A stretch of 64,000 bases of DNA from the NCBI GenBank assembly GCA_050951805.1, contig JBMNJT010000005.1:1-64000 (forward strand), given 5' to 3'. Both the position numbers and the translations under genes were made by a program. The stretch comes from Bacillota bacterium (GTDB lineage Bacteria > Bacillota > DTU025). Positions 8,467 through 17,622 of the stretch are shown here, piece by piece (position 1 is the stretch's first letter; each line of letters opens with the position of its first letter). The notes under the pieces are model-generated. The model searched no databases and was not told the DNA's origin. It was given only the letters and a program-made list of their open reading frames with translations.

Positions 8467-9998
8467 CAGATTACCTCTGCGTCCTTCATGGCTTCACGTT
8501 TTTCCTCAACTTCAGCATTGGAAAGCCTTCCCCTCTCAGTTATCTGCAACGCTTTCGAGGCCCCTGTCTGAGGATCTGTAATAACAGCATCCATTCTCAT
8601 GTTCGAATCATACTTATAGACGACTTCTATCGGATAGTTGCGCGGCTTGGGCCCGTCCAACTCCAGCACAGCCTCGCCTATCTCGGTGCAGTTGGCAGGA
8701 TCGCTGTCCTCGCCCTGCAGAACCACCATCTCCACAATCCGCTGCCCGTCCTCGTGAACATAATAGGTCTCCTTCCGTTCGGCCGGAACGGGCGAGTTCT
8801 TGGGGATCATTATCTTGTTAATATCCTGGCCTGTCGCAGAATCGACCAGAAGTATGCCATAGCTATGGCTTGTCACGTCCTCTATTTTGGTATCGCGAAG
8901 CCTACGCCCGGCGTCGGTCAGGATTATGTCCGGATCTCCCTTGCCCGCAAGCATTATTCCAGCATAGATAGCGGCCCCGTGGGCGACTGCCTCATCCGGG
9001 TTGATGCTGACCGTGGGTTCTTTTCCCGAAGCCTTCCTAACGAGTTCGCACACCGCAGGCATCCTGGTCATCCCGCCCACAAGCAACGTCTGGTCGATGT
9101 CGTTCCAGGTCAACTCTGCCGATTTGAGGACCGTATCGAGCAATAGCTCTGACCTGCCCAAAAGGTCTGCGGTCATCTCCTCAAATTGCTCCCTCGAAAG
9201 CTCGACGGTGTGCCGTTTCCCCTGGGCGCTCACGGCTATCTTGGCAGACTGGCGAGTCGACAGCGCCTTCTTGGCCGCCTCCGCTCTTTGGCGCAGGTCC
9301 TGCAGAGCCTCTGGGTCCTCGAGAAGGTCGATCCCGTGCTCCTCCTCGAACTTGCGAGCGCAATGCATTATGATGCGATCGTCAAAATCCTTGCCCCCAA
9401 GCATGTGGTCGCCGTCGGTCGCAACGACCCTGATCTTGCCTTCTTCAACCTCCAGGATCGTTACGTCGAAAGTCCCGCCCCCGAGGTCATACACGATGAT
9501 GCGCTGGTTGATGTCGGGGTTGCTCATTCCGTAGGCGAGCGCGGCCGCAGTGGGCTCGTTCACGATCGCAAGCACATTGAGCCCGGCAATCTCCCCCGCA
9601 TCCATCGTGGCCTGTCTTCGCGCATCATCGAAGTAGGCCGGGACCGTGATTACTGCTCCGGGAAGTTCCGTGCCGAGCAAGACTTCTGCATCCGTCACCA
9701 GTTTCTTGATGATTAGCGCTGAAAGGTCTTCCGGGCGGAACTCGGTTTCGCCGTGAACAAATACATAGTCTGCATTTCCCATCTGCCTCTTCACGAACTC
9801 GACTACATTGCCAGGGTCGGCAACAGCGCTGTTTTTTGCGATGGTGCCCACTGTGAACTGGTTTTCTTGATCGAACATGATCACCGAGGGGGTGATGCGC
9901 TCTCCCTCTTTGTTCGGCACAATCTCGGGTTTGCCGTAATCATTGAGCACGGCGAGACACGAAAAAGTGGTCCCGAGGTCTATACCTACTGCCTTCAT
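8466..9998 (-). CDS. Hsp70-family protein (non-canonical, 510 aa, no alpha-helical lid)
   Basis: GIDLGTT, TVPAYF, NEPTAAA, DLGGGTFD, LVGGMTRMP, NPDEAVAHGAA. Confidence 0.95.
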   Translation of the reverse strand: MKAVGIDLGTTFSCLAVLNDYGKPEIVPNKEGERITPSVIMFDQENQFTVGTIAKNSAVADPGNVVEFVKRQMGNADYVFVHGETEFRPEDLSALIIKKLVTDAEVLLGTELPGAVITVPAYFDDARRQATMDAGEIAGLNVLAIVNEPTAAALAYGMSNPDINQRIIVYDLGGGTFDVTILEVEEGKIRVVATDGDHMLGGKDFDDRIIMHCARKFEEEHGIDLLEDPEALQDLRQRAEAAKKALSTRQSAKIAVSAQGKRHTVELSREQFEEMTADLLGRSELLLDTVLKSAELTWNDIDQTLLVGGMTRMPAVCELVRKASGKEPTVSINPDEAVAHGAAIYAGIMLAGKGDPDIILTDAGRRLRDTKIEDVTSHSYGILLVDSATGQDINKIMIPKNSPVPAERKETYYVHEDGQRIVEMVVLQGEDSDPANCTEIGEAVLELDGPKPRNYPIEVVYKYDSNMRMDAVITDPQTGASKALQITERGRLSNAEVEEKREAMKDAEVI

Positions 9999-10026
9999 AA
10001 ATCGTCACTCCTCCACACCAAACAAC

Positions 10027-10698
10027 TCATGCCAATTCCTGTCTGGCCCTGGCTATCAGCACCATCATCCGTTCGGCTTCCTGCCTCTTTTCAAGATCGG
10101 GATGGTTAACTCTGGCCCGATAGATATTGTACTGATCGAGCAGCATCTGCTCCTTCCGATCACGGCTAGCAGACCTGGGAATGCCCAGTTGGCTCCATAC
10201 ATCTTCGTGCCCATCGCGCTCCTCTAGCGGAGGAGGAAGCACGTCAGGCCTCCCGCGCCCCTCCCGGGGGCGGTCCTCGAACTGGCCCTGCCCTCCTGCA
10301 CTCGATAGCGCAAACATCAACACCCTTTTTCTCCTGGCCACAAGCTTGTCCCCATAGTAGATCCCCAGGTTGCAGTAGGCCTCAAAGTAGCCTGCCTTAT
10401 CGAATCCAAATGCGTCATAGGGCATGAAAACGGTGAAATCATCGTATGTGCTATCCCGATAAGGAGGGGTGAAATCCTCGGCTGTGCACGCATTTCCTGC
10501 AACATCTGCATATTCATCGATTGCTCCGCGCACGGGGGAATTGTCTGTATAGTAAAACCAATAGATTATGGTCATCTCACGACCTGCGCCGGGATTGTAT
10601 CCTCTCACTGTCATTGAAGAATGAATAACAAGTCCGTTTCTGCCGCCCATAGATACGTCAAAATCCGCCCAAATCCTATGTATTTCTGCAGTTGTCAT
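10027..10698 (-). CDS. two-domain protein: N-terminal beta-rich domain plus C-terminal degenerate J-domain with HPD
   Basis: C-terminus DVWSQLGIPRSAS...RARVNHPDLEKRQEAERMMVLIARARQEL parallels the DnaJ J-domain (YxxLGV...HPD...A...I..AY..L); lies between two Hsp70 genes. Confidence 0.75.
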   Translation of the reverse strand: MTTAEIHRIWADFDVSMGGRNGLVIHSSMTVRGYNPGAGREMTIIYWFYYTDNSPVRGAIDEYADVAGNACTAEDFTPPYRDSTYDDFTVFMPYDAFGFDKAGYFEAYCNLGIYYGDKLVARRKRVLMFALSSAGGQGQFEDRPREGRGRPDVLPPPLEERDGHEDVWSQLGIPRSASRDRKEQMLLDQYNIYRARVNHPDLEKRQEAERMMVLIARARQELA

Positions 10699-10719
10699 TT
10701 ACCGCTCTCCCGCTCGCGG

Positions 10720-12255
10720 CTAATCCACCCGCATTCTGTCCATGAGCCGCTTCTTTTCTGCCACTTCAGAATCTGTCAGCCTGCCCCTTTGGGATATGTG
10801 CAGTTCGGCGCGTCTTCCTGTCTTCTTGTCTTCCATATAGGCATGTATCATCATGTTGGCATCGTACTCATATGTCACTTCCACCGGGTATCCTTTGTGC
10901 ACAGGCCTCTCGAAAAGGAGCTTAGTCTCGCCTATGGCCACACAGTTTTCGGGATCTCTGTCCTCTCCCTGAAGGACGACAAAATCCACGCCTTCCTGCC
11001 CATGGGAGACCGTGTAGAAGCGGTCGACAATCCGCGCCGGGATAGGAGTGTTTTTGGCTATCATTATCTGGTTATACAGTTCATTTGTCATCGTATCCAT
11101 CAGTATGATGCCGAACGAATGAGACGTCACATCGGTGACCACGGTATTTGCAAGCCTGCGTCCCTCCGTAGTCTTGAGGATACTTGCATCTCCACGCTGC
11201 CCCATGATAATCCCCGCCTGAATCGCAGCACCTATTGCAACGGCCTCATCAGGGTTTATGGCCTGGTTTGGCGCCTTGCCCGACATCGACTCGAGCATCT
11301 CACGGACCATGGGCATCCTCGTGGAACCACCGACAAGGAGTATGGTGTCTATATCTTTCCATGAGGCTTTGGCGCTTGCCATGACAGACTCCACCAAGAG
11401 CCTCGTCCGTTGGAGCAAGTGGCCGGAAGCCTCTTCAAACTCGCTCCGCGTTATCTCATGCGACAGACGCTTGCCTGCAGCACTCACGCTGATCTTCGCA
11501 GATTCAAGGGTCGACAGAGTTTTCTTGGCAGACTCGGCGCGCTGCCTCAGGTCCATCTGGTTTTCAAGATCCTCCAGAAGATCAACTCCGTGTTCTTTCC
11601 TGAAAGCTTCGTTGACAAGGATCATGATCTGGTCATCGAAATCGTTCCCGCCCAACATGTGATCGCCATCGGTGGCCACCACCCTTATCTCACCGTGCGA
11701 GACATCCATGATGGTGACGTCGAAGGTTCCCCCGCCCAGATCGTAAACGAGGATTCTCTGCTTGGAAGCGTTATTGCCCATCCCATAGGCCAGTGCCGCC
11801 GCGGTAGGCTCGTTTATTATCCTCAGTGGATTGAGCCCTGCGATCTTTGCCGCGTTGAGCGTCGCTTGCCTTCTCACATCGTCGAAATAGGCTGGAACCG
11901 TGATCACAGCATCGGTGATGCCCTCGCCGAGGAGGGCCTCAGCATCCTGAACGAGCTTCTTCAAGATGAAGGCCGAGATCTCCTCAGGCCCGTACTCCCG
12001 CCCATCACGGAGAAACATATAGTCTGCATTCCCCATCTGACGTTTGACAAACTCCACGACATTGTATGGATCTGCAACAGCGGCATTTTTCGCCACCCTA
12101 CCGACGACGACAGAATCATCATCGCCGAAATAGACAACGGAAGGCGTCGTCCGTTCGCCTTCTGCATTTGGCACGATCTCTGCCTTTCCATATTCATTGA
12201 GGACCGCCAAAGTGGAGAAAGTTGTTCCAAGGTCAATCCCTACCGCCCGGCCCAT
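10720..12255 (-). CDS. Hsp70-family protein (non-canonical, 511 aa, no lid)
   Basis: GIDLGTT, TVPAYF, NEPTAAA, DLGGGTFD, LVGGSTRMP, NPDEAVAIGAA. Confidence 0.95.
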   Translation of the reverse strand: MGRAVGIDLGTTFSTLAVLNEYGKAEIVPNAEGERTTPSVVYFGDDDSVVVGRVAKNAAVADPYNVVEFVKRQMGNADYMFLRDGREYGPEEISAFILKKLVQDAEALLGEGITDAVITVPAYFDDVRRQATLNAAKIAGLNPLRIINEPTAAALAYGMGNNASKQRILVYDLGGGTFDVTIMDVSHGEIRVVATDGDHMLGGNDFDDQIMILVNEAFRKEHGVDLLEDLENQMDLRQRAESAKKTLSTLESAKISVSAAGKRLSHEITRSEFEEASGHLLQRTRLLVESVMASAKASWKDIDTILLVGGSTRMPMVREMLESMSGKAPNQAINPDEAVAIGAAIQAGIIMGQRGDASILKTTEGRRLANTVVTDVTSHSFGIILMDTMTNELYNQIMIAKNTPIPARIVDRFYTVSHGQEGVDFVVLQGEDRDPENCVAIGETKLLFERPVHKGYPVEVTYEYDANMMIHAYMEDKKTGRRAELHISQRGRLTDSEVAEKKRLMDRMRVD

Positions 12256-12813
12256 CTAGTCATCCACCCTTTCGTGGCCATCCCCGTCCCAGCGGGCAAC
12301 CGCAACCATCTGATGGCGCAAAACCTTGTCATCCTTGATGAAGCCGTCCTTCATCACTTTGACAACCTTCCCGTCTTCTCCAGGGCTGTTCGCGCGTTCC
12401 ACCCTTACAGCTCGCTGGCACTGAGGATCAAAGGCGTCCGATTCGCAAGCCATGCGCTCTATGCCGCGCCGATAGAGGACTTCGAGGACCTCTTCGAGGA
12501 CATATTCAAGGCACTCCCGGGCAACTTCGTTTTCGGGTGCTTGGACATCATCGCGCGAGATGTAGCTCTTGATATTGTCGTATAATAAAAGCAGGTCGGC
12601 ATAGACCTCATTCATGCGCCTATCGACGAAATCATTCTTGAACATGTCAAGCTCCTCATAGAGCTTGTTAAAAGCCTTGTCTTTAGCCTCATCATACTCG
12701 ATCTTCTCCTCGAACATGGCGATGAGAACATCGAGTTTCTCATGAATGCAAGGCGTCTGCACATCCGCAAGACCAATCGTATCATCGTCCATTCTGCCTT
12801 GGCCAGCGTCCAC
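12256..12813 (-). CDS. grpE: GrpE-family nucleotide exchange factor
   Basis: coiled N-terminus, LLLLYDN, FDPQCQRAV, VVKVMKDGF...VLRHQMVAV; abuts the Hsp70 gene. Confidence 0.85.
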   Translation of the reverse strand: MDAGQGRMDDDTIGLADVQTPCIHEKLDVLIAMFEEKIEYDEAKDKAFNKLYEELDMFKNDFVDRRMNEVYADLLLLYDNIKSYISRDDVQAPENEVARECLEYVLEEVLEVLYRRGIERMACESDAFDPQCQRAVRVERANSPGEDGKVVKVMKDGFIKDDKVLRHQMVAVARWDGDGHERVDD

Positions 12814-12857
12814 TCAGGATTCTCCTTTCCCCATGAGTTGCACATGCTTTTGCGCCC

Positions 12858-13292
12858 CTATCCCGAACAGGATTGGCAGATCGAATACACGCAGAGTCCG
12901 GCAACGCACTGCTCACACAGTTCATCATTATCGCAGGGTCCATCGCCTCCTGTCATTTTCGGACCAGGACTAGGCCCAGGGATAGGAAGCGGCGCATCAT
13001 CTCCGGGATCAGCCGGCCGTGCCTTGCCCCCCATGGTATATATAAAGGACTCGAGCTCTCCTTCCCGGACAAGCAGGTCTTCTAGGGTAGCGAGAAACGA
13101 GTGGCTATGCAGATACATGCCCGCTTGATCGGCTTTGAAGGCTTCCATGAGCAGATCATAAACGAGCTGCCCCAGTCCATGGTCGGAAAGGGTGCGGGTG
13201 AAACGTAACGTGTTTTCACGCCACGAGGCGGAATCGCAATTAAAATTGTCCCACATTACAGGGCCTATCGCCAACGACGTGTTCAGAACCAT
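12858..13292 (-). CDS. small protein with Pro/Gly linker and Cys-rich hydrophobic C-terminal tail
   Basis: GGAGGATGGAG RBS; ends PCDNDELCEQCVAGLCVYSICQSCSG; first gene of the Hsp70 operon. Confidence 0.75.
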   Translation of the reverse strand: MVLNTSLAIGPVMWDNFNCDSASWRENTLRFTRTLSDHGLGQLVYDLLMEAFKADQAGMYLHSHSFLATLEDLLVREGELESFIYTMGGKARPADPGDDAPLPIPGPSPGPKMTGGDGPCDNDELCEQCVAGLCVYSICQSCSG

Positions 13293-13672
13293 AACTCCAT
13301 CCTCCGTCCGCCTCCCAAGGGCGCTTCACAGATTTCATAACTAGTTTATGGTTTCTACAACCATCTATGGAATCCTTCACTATTTGCGTCCAAAGGCAAA
13401 GCAGAACATGACGGACGCAGGCAGAGTTACCCATAAATCACCTGCCTGTTCAACCAGGATGGGTCCCCGCGCTCTTCACTCATGCAGCTTGATCCTCGAC
13501 AGGCAACGTCTTGGCAATACTCCCTTCCGCCAGACCCGCTAACCTACGTTCATGCTATGGCTGCAGAAGCAAACACCGCTTGAATTTTCTCGCGCTGGCA
13601 GTGTACACTTAGAATTGCTAGTCCACAAATTGCCCGAGCAACCACGTGCTCAGGATACGAGGAGGCATGATC

Positions 13673-14194
13673 ATGTTTTCCGAAAACATGCTTGCAGAGC
13701 TTAACAAGCAGTATAACTATGAACTATACTCAGGCTATCTTTATATGGCCATGGAGGCCTACTTCCACGGCAAGGGCCTATCAGGTTTCGCCAACTTCTT
13801 CAAGGTACAAACTGAAGAAGAACGGGCCCACGCGCGCATCTTCTACGAGTTCATCATTCGCAAAGGTGGGACCATTACCCTTGATTCCATCGAAAAGCCC
13901 GAGGCTGACTTCGACAGTCCGCTCGATCTGTTCAAGAAAGCCCTAGCGCACGAGGAGTTTGTCACCTCCAGAATCAACAAGCTGGTAGATATCGCCCTTG
14001 AGGACAAAGACCACGCAACCAACAGCTTTCTCCAGTGGTTTGTGGATGAACAAGTAGAAGAGGAAGAGAACTTCCAAGGCATAGTCCAAAAGCTCGAGCT
14101 AATCGGCAACGACGCGCACGCCCTTCTGATGCTCGATGCCGAACTTGGGCAGAGGGTCTTCACAGTGCCCGCTCCTCTGGCCCAGGCACAGTAA
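13673..14194 (+). CDS. ftnA: non-heme ferritin
   Basis: NYELYSGYLY, EEERAHA, HEEFVT, FLQWFVDEQVEEE ferroxidase motifs; GAGGAGG RBS. Confidence 0.93.
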   Translation: MFSENMLAELNKQYNYELYSGYLYMAMEAYFHGKGLSGFANFFKVQTEEERAHARIFYEFIIRKGGTITLDSIEKPEADFDSPLDLFKKALAHEEFVTSRINKLVDIALEDKDHATNSFLQWFVDEQVEEEENFQGIVQKLELIGNDAHALLMLDAELGQRVFTVPAPLAQAQ

Positions 14195-14252
14195 GGGCCC
14201 AAGGTTTTATCAGTTGTCCATCAATTGCGGGCATTCAAAGCTAGAATGAGTT

Positions 14253-14306
14253 GAGGCACAGCCCGAAGCGCCAATGTGGTCGACATGTTGGCAAAGGCTG
14301 TGCCTC
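14253..14306. terminator. long hairpin, probable (bidirectional) intrinsic terminator
   Basis: GAGGCACAGCC...GGCTGTGCCTC outer stem with inner GCCAA/TTGGC stem, followed by TTTCTCT; between convergent genes. Confidence 0.65.
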
Positions 14307-14349
14307 TTTCTCTCCTGATCTGCCCTAGGCATATCGGTTGCGCAGTCTG

Positions 14350-14997
14350 CTAATCGGGGGATGAAACCGATGTGAGAGTGTAGCTGAATTCGATATCAGG
14401 CATGATGGTGGATGTGAAGGAGACAACTCCGATACCCTTCTTAAAAACCCTCGTCTCGTGATAGAGGCCATCGGGCATCTCAGGATCAGGAGCAGTATAC
14501 TCCACCTTGCAGTAGTCCAACCTGTCCTCGGCATCGACCCCGGTCTCAGTAATCTCAGCGTCGACACGGTTTCCATTCACTGATTCAAAAGACCACTTCT
14601 GCCCCTTTTCCAGCGGGGCTTTGAGCATCACGAGGCCGTCGATCCTATGCGGAAACACAACGCCTTTGTGGAGTATGCGCTCCACAACCTCATCCCCTCC
14701 GAAAACATACTGCAGTTGAAAGCCGAAGTCCTGTTCTGACTCGCCTCCGGACATGTCTTCCACCATGCCTGATATCTGGTGTACCACATCCCCTTTGGAG
14801 CGCACTTCCGTAATGCTATCTAAGATCATTCTGTGCCCATATTCGGCGAATCCTGAGTATACCCAGGTGAAGCCCGTTTTCTCCGGAAAATAGCTCCTCA
14901 ATTCGTTGCTGGAAGCCTTCTGTCGAAAACACCCTACAACGCCCAAAAGCAACACGCTAGCCACAGCGATGGCTGAGAAAGCCCTTTTGGTGTCCAT
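14350..14997 (-). CDS. putative lipoprotein
   Basis: signal peptide with lipobox-like LGVVGC; beta-rich body ending VFKKGIGVV. Confidence 0.75.
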   Translation of the reverse strand: MDTKRAFSAIAVASVLLLGVVGCFRQKASSNELRSYFPEKTGFTWVYSGFAEYGHRMILDSITEVRSKGDVVHQISGMVEDMSGGESEQDFGFQLQYVFGGDEVVERILHKGVVFPHRIDGLVMLKAPLEKGQKWSFESVNGNRVDAEITETGVDAEDRLDYCKVEYTAPDPEMPDGLYHETRVFKKGIGVVSFTSTIMPDIEFSYTLTSVSSPD

Positions 14998-15313
14998 CCC
15001 CAAACCCGCCTTTCATCCAATGGATAATTGCCTGAGCCAATCCATAACTATGCTGCCGCGAAGCCTTCCTCTTATTCATTGTCCGGCGCGACCCCTTGAT
15101 TCCGTAATCCCACTGCACGGGTGCTCTTGCAGTCCCCACTACTCAACCGGATCCAATGGCTCTGATAAGGTGCCCCACACGAATCCATATGCGCTTCGAT
15201 CTTGCCCAATCTCTGCCGCCAACTTAGACACTACAAGCCTGCTAGGGCCATGGTTTGACAACAGGCTTCCGCGTCGATAAACTGACGTGGTAAGCCAATA
15301 AAGCGGGCATGAG

Positions 15314-16141
15314 GTGATACCGATCAGAGCCTACTATTCTATTGGGGAAATATCGAGGCTTTTCGGCATGTCGATACAAACCCTAAGGCACTACGACAGA
15401 ATTGGGCTCCTCCGCCCAGCCTATGTGAACCATGAAAACAATTACAGGTACTACTCCCATGAACAATTTCTTCAGATCAAGCTGATAAAGTACCTGAAAA
15501 CCCTCGGCTTCTCATTGGCCCAGATCCGGGACATCGTCAACCAGGACCTGTCGTCCGAGGTGATAATCGAACTCCTCCGTGAGCAAGAAGAGGCGGTCAA
15601 TGACAGAATAGACCAGCTCCTCGCCTTGCGGCAAGACATGCGCGCCTTCGAAGAAAGGCTGGCCGGCCTCGCAGAACGGACCTTTGGAGAGGCTTTCTTG
15701 GATAGCAAGCCTGAACGAAAAGTCATAGCCTACGATTACATCAACAAACCGAATGCAAACTTGGCCGTTGGCATGAGGAAGATTCTCTCGGATATCGAGA
15801 GAGAACACAGTGTGCTCAAGTATGAGCCGGGTATGCTAGTATCATATGCCGAATTCGCAGCCTCAGGAAGAGTAGAGTTCAAGAAGATCATAGTCGAGTT
15901 GGACGATGAACTCGACTATCCTCACCACAACATATTGAGACTTCCCGCAGGTCCCCACGCCACTATCATATATGAGGGCGCCACAGAAGAGGGCCAAAAA
16001 TACTACGGCAAAATAGTAGAGTTCATATCCGACCATGGCCTAAGCCCGAAGGGCGATTTCATTCACGCTATAGCCGTCTCCTATGTTAACAGCAATGGCA
16101 CAGGAGTGTCTCTGCACGAGGTATCGGTTCTCACGGAATGA
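15314..16141 (+). CDS. MerR-family transcriptional activator with GyrI-like effector domain (BmrR/BltR type)
   Basis: YSIGEISRLFGMSIQTLRHYDRIGLLRP...NNYRYY HTH; C-terminal LPAGPHATIIYEG. Confidence 0.92.
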   Translation: MIPIRAYYSIGEISRLFGMSIQTLRHYDRIGLLRPAYVNHENNYRYYSHEQFLQIKLIKYLKTLGFSLAQIRDIVNQDLSSEVIIELLREQEEAVNDRIDQLLALRQDMRAFEERLAGLAERTFGEAFLDSKPERKVIAYDYINKPNANLAVGMRKILSDIEREHSVLKYEPGMLVSYAEFAASGRVEFKKIIVELDDELDYPHHNILRLPAGPHATIIYEGATEEGQKYYGKIVEFISDHGLSPKGDFIHAIAVSYVNSNGTGVSLHEVSVLTE

Positions 16142-16156
16142 TCTTCCCCCGTCAGC

Positions 16157-16187
16157 TTGACTCTATACCAACAATAGACTGTAAGAT
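16157..16187 (+). promoter_or_regulatory. MerR-type promoter/operator of the MATE gene
   Basis: TTGACT-19 bp-TAAGAT with TCTAT-N7-ATAGA dyad overlapping the spacer. Confidence 0.85.
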
Positions 16188-16212
16188 CTCCTGTTAGGGA
16201 GGCCTTTCAGTC

Positions 16213-17550
16213 GTGAGCAAATTCTTGCATTATACCGTCCCATCCGTGATGGGATGTTTAGTAACTTCATTGTATCTTGTCGTAGACGGCGTCTTCATTG
16301 CCAGGGGAGTTGGAGAAACAGCAGTAGCTGCCGTAACATTGGTGCTGCCTCTCACAATGGCCTTTGTGGCATTGAGCATGATCTTCTCTGTAGGCGGAGG
16401 CAATCTCGTATCAACTTCGAGAGGCGCAGGCGACCAAGCCCGGGCGGTCAATGTTTTCAGAGAGTCAATATACATGCTGCTTTCGATAGGAATTATCTTC
16501 AGCATCCTAGGAACCCTGTTCGCGGATGAAATAGCGATAATGCTGGGTGCAACGGGTGAACTCGTTAGCCCGGCCGCTGAATACACGAAATACTACATGC
16601 TTTTCACCGTGCCCGTCCTGCTCGCCATCGCATTGAGCACCTTCATACGACACGACGGATCTCCAAAGTTGTCGATGCGTTCTATGCTGTACGGAGCAGT
16701 CACCAACATCGTGCTCGACTATGTTTTCGTGTTCCCCCTCCAGATGGGGCTGCGCGGCGCCGCAATAGCTTCAGGGCTGGGCCAAATTGTCACCGTAATC
16801 ACGTGCATGAAACATTTCATCGAGCGACGCGGGATCCTGAGAATAGGCAAAGCCTCATTCGAATGGGAAGATATCAAAGATATATTCGTCATCGGGTTCC
16901 CTTCCTTTCTCACTGAGGTATCTTACTCCGTAATGATGTACCTGCACAATTTGGCAGTAATCAGCCAAGTCGGCGAGATAGGAGTGACCGCCTACGGTAT
17001 AGTCAACTACATCAACAACATCTCCTACATGGCCTTGTTCGGCATCGGCCAGGGGATTCAACCAATGGTCAGCTACTACTACGGACGAGGCAAGTTCGAC
17101 AAGGGACGCCAGCAGTATATATACGGGATAAAAGCGTCGCTTGTGATGTCAGTCTTGTTCCTGGTTATCTGCTTATTCGTCGGAAGACCACTTATAATGA
17201 TATTCGCCTCGTCGGAAGACGTGATCGACCTGGGTTACACGATACTGACATATCTGAACCTGGCCTACGTTCTGCTGGGCGTCAATCTGACTACGCAGAT
17301 GTATCTGCAATCCATGCACATGCCCAGATACGCCAATATCATCTGTGTGCTAAGAGGATTCGTATTCGTCAAGATTGGCCTTGCCTTGCTGCCGAAGGTG
17401 TTCGGGGATGCAGGAATCTGGGGCACACTATTGTTTGCCGAAGGAATGTCCCTAATTACGGCGCTCGTCATAGTCAGCGCCAGCGCCGAACCGGAGCAAT
17501 ATCCATCTCCGATAGGGAATAGCCAGACAGATCATGCTAGCAGACCCTGA
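16213..17550 (+). CDS. MATE family efflux transporter
   Basis: LYLVVDGVFIARGVG, NIVLDYVFVFPLQMGLRGAAIASGLGQ, GIQPMVSYYYG; about 12 TM segments. Confidence 0.93.
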   Translation: MSKFLHYTVPSVMGCLVTSLYLVVDGVFIARGVGETAVAAVTLVLPLTMAFVALSMIFSVGGGNLVSTSRGAGDQARAVNVFRESIYMLLSIGIIFSILGTLFADEIAIMLGATGELVSPAAEYTKYYMLFTVPVLLAIALSTFIRHDGSPKLSMRSMLYGAVTNIVLDYVFVFPLQMGLRGAAIASGLGQIVTVITCMKHFIERRGILRIGKASFEWEDIKDIFVIGFPSFLTEVSYSVMMYLHNLAVISQVGEIGVTAYGIVNYINNISYMALFGIGQGIQPMVSYYYGRGKFDKGRQQYIYGIKASLVMSVLFLVICLFVGRPLIMIFASSEDVIDLGYTILTYLNLAYVLLGVNLTTQMYLQSMHMPRYANIICVLRGFVFVKIGLALLPKVFGDAGIWGTLLFAEGMSLITALVIVSASAEPEQYPSPIGNSQTDHASRP

Positions 17551-17622
17551 AAACCGGCGCGATTCGCCTAAAACCCCGCACCAGCGCCGAACTTTGCACC
17601 ACGTATGCCGAGTATGGAGTGA

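Noticed and set aside
10621-12585. Long plus-strand ORFs (247 and 391 aa) opposite Hsp70
   Set aside because: Antisense shadow frames, a well-known artefact opposite Hsp70 genes; no motifs or RBS
13330-13385. Sporulation sigma (sigmaE/K)-like promoter CATAAACT upstream of the Hsp70 operon
   Set aside because: Match is short and spacing is off; not distinguishable from chance
8466-13400. Canonical dnaK heat-shock operon / CIRCE element
   Set aside because: No hrcA or full dnaJ, the Hsp70s are short and divergent, and no TTAGCACTC-N9-GAGTGCTAA was seen upstream
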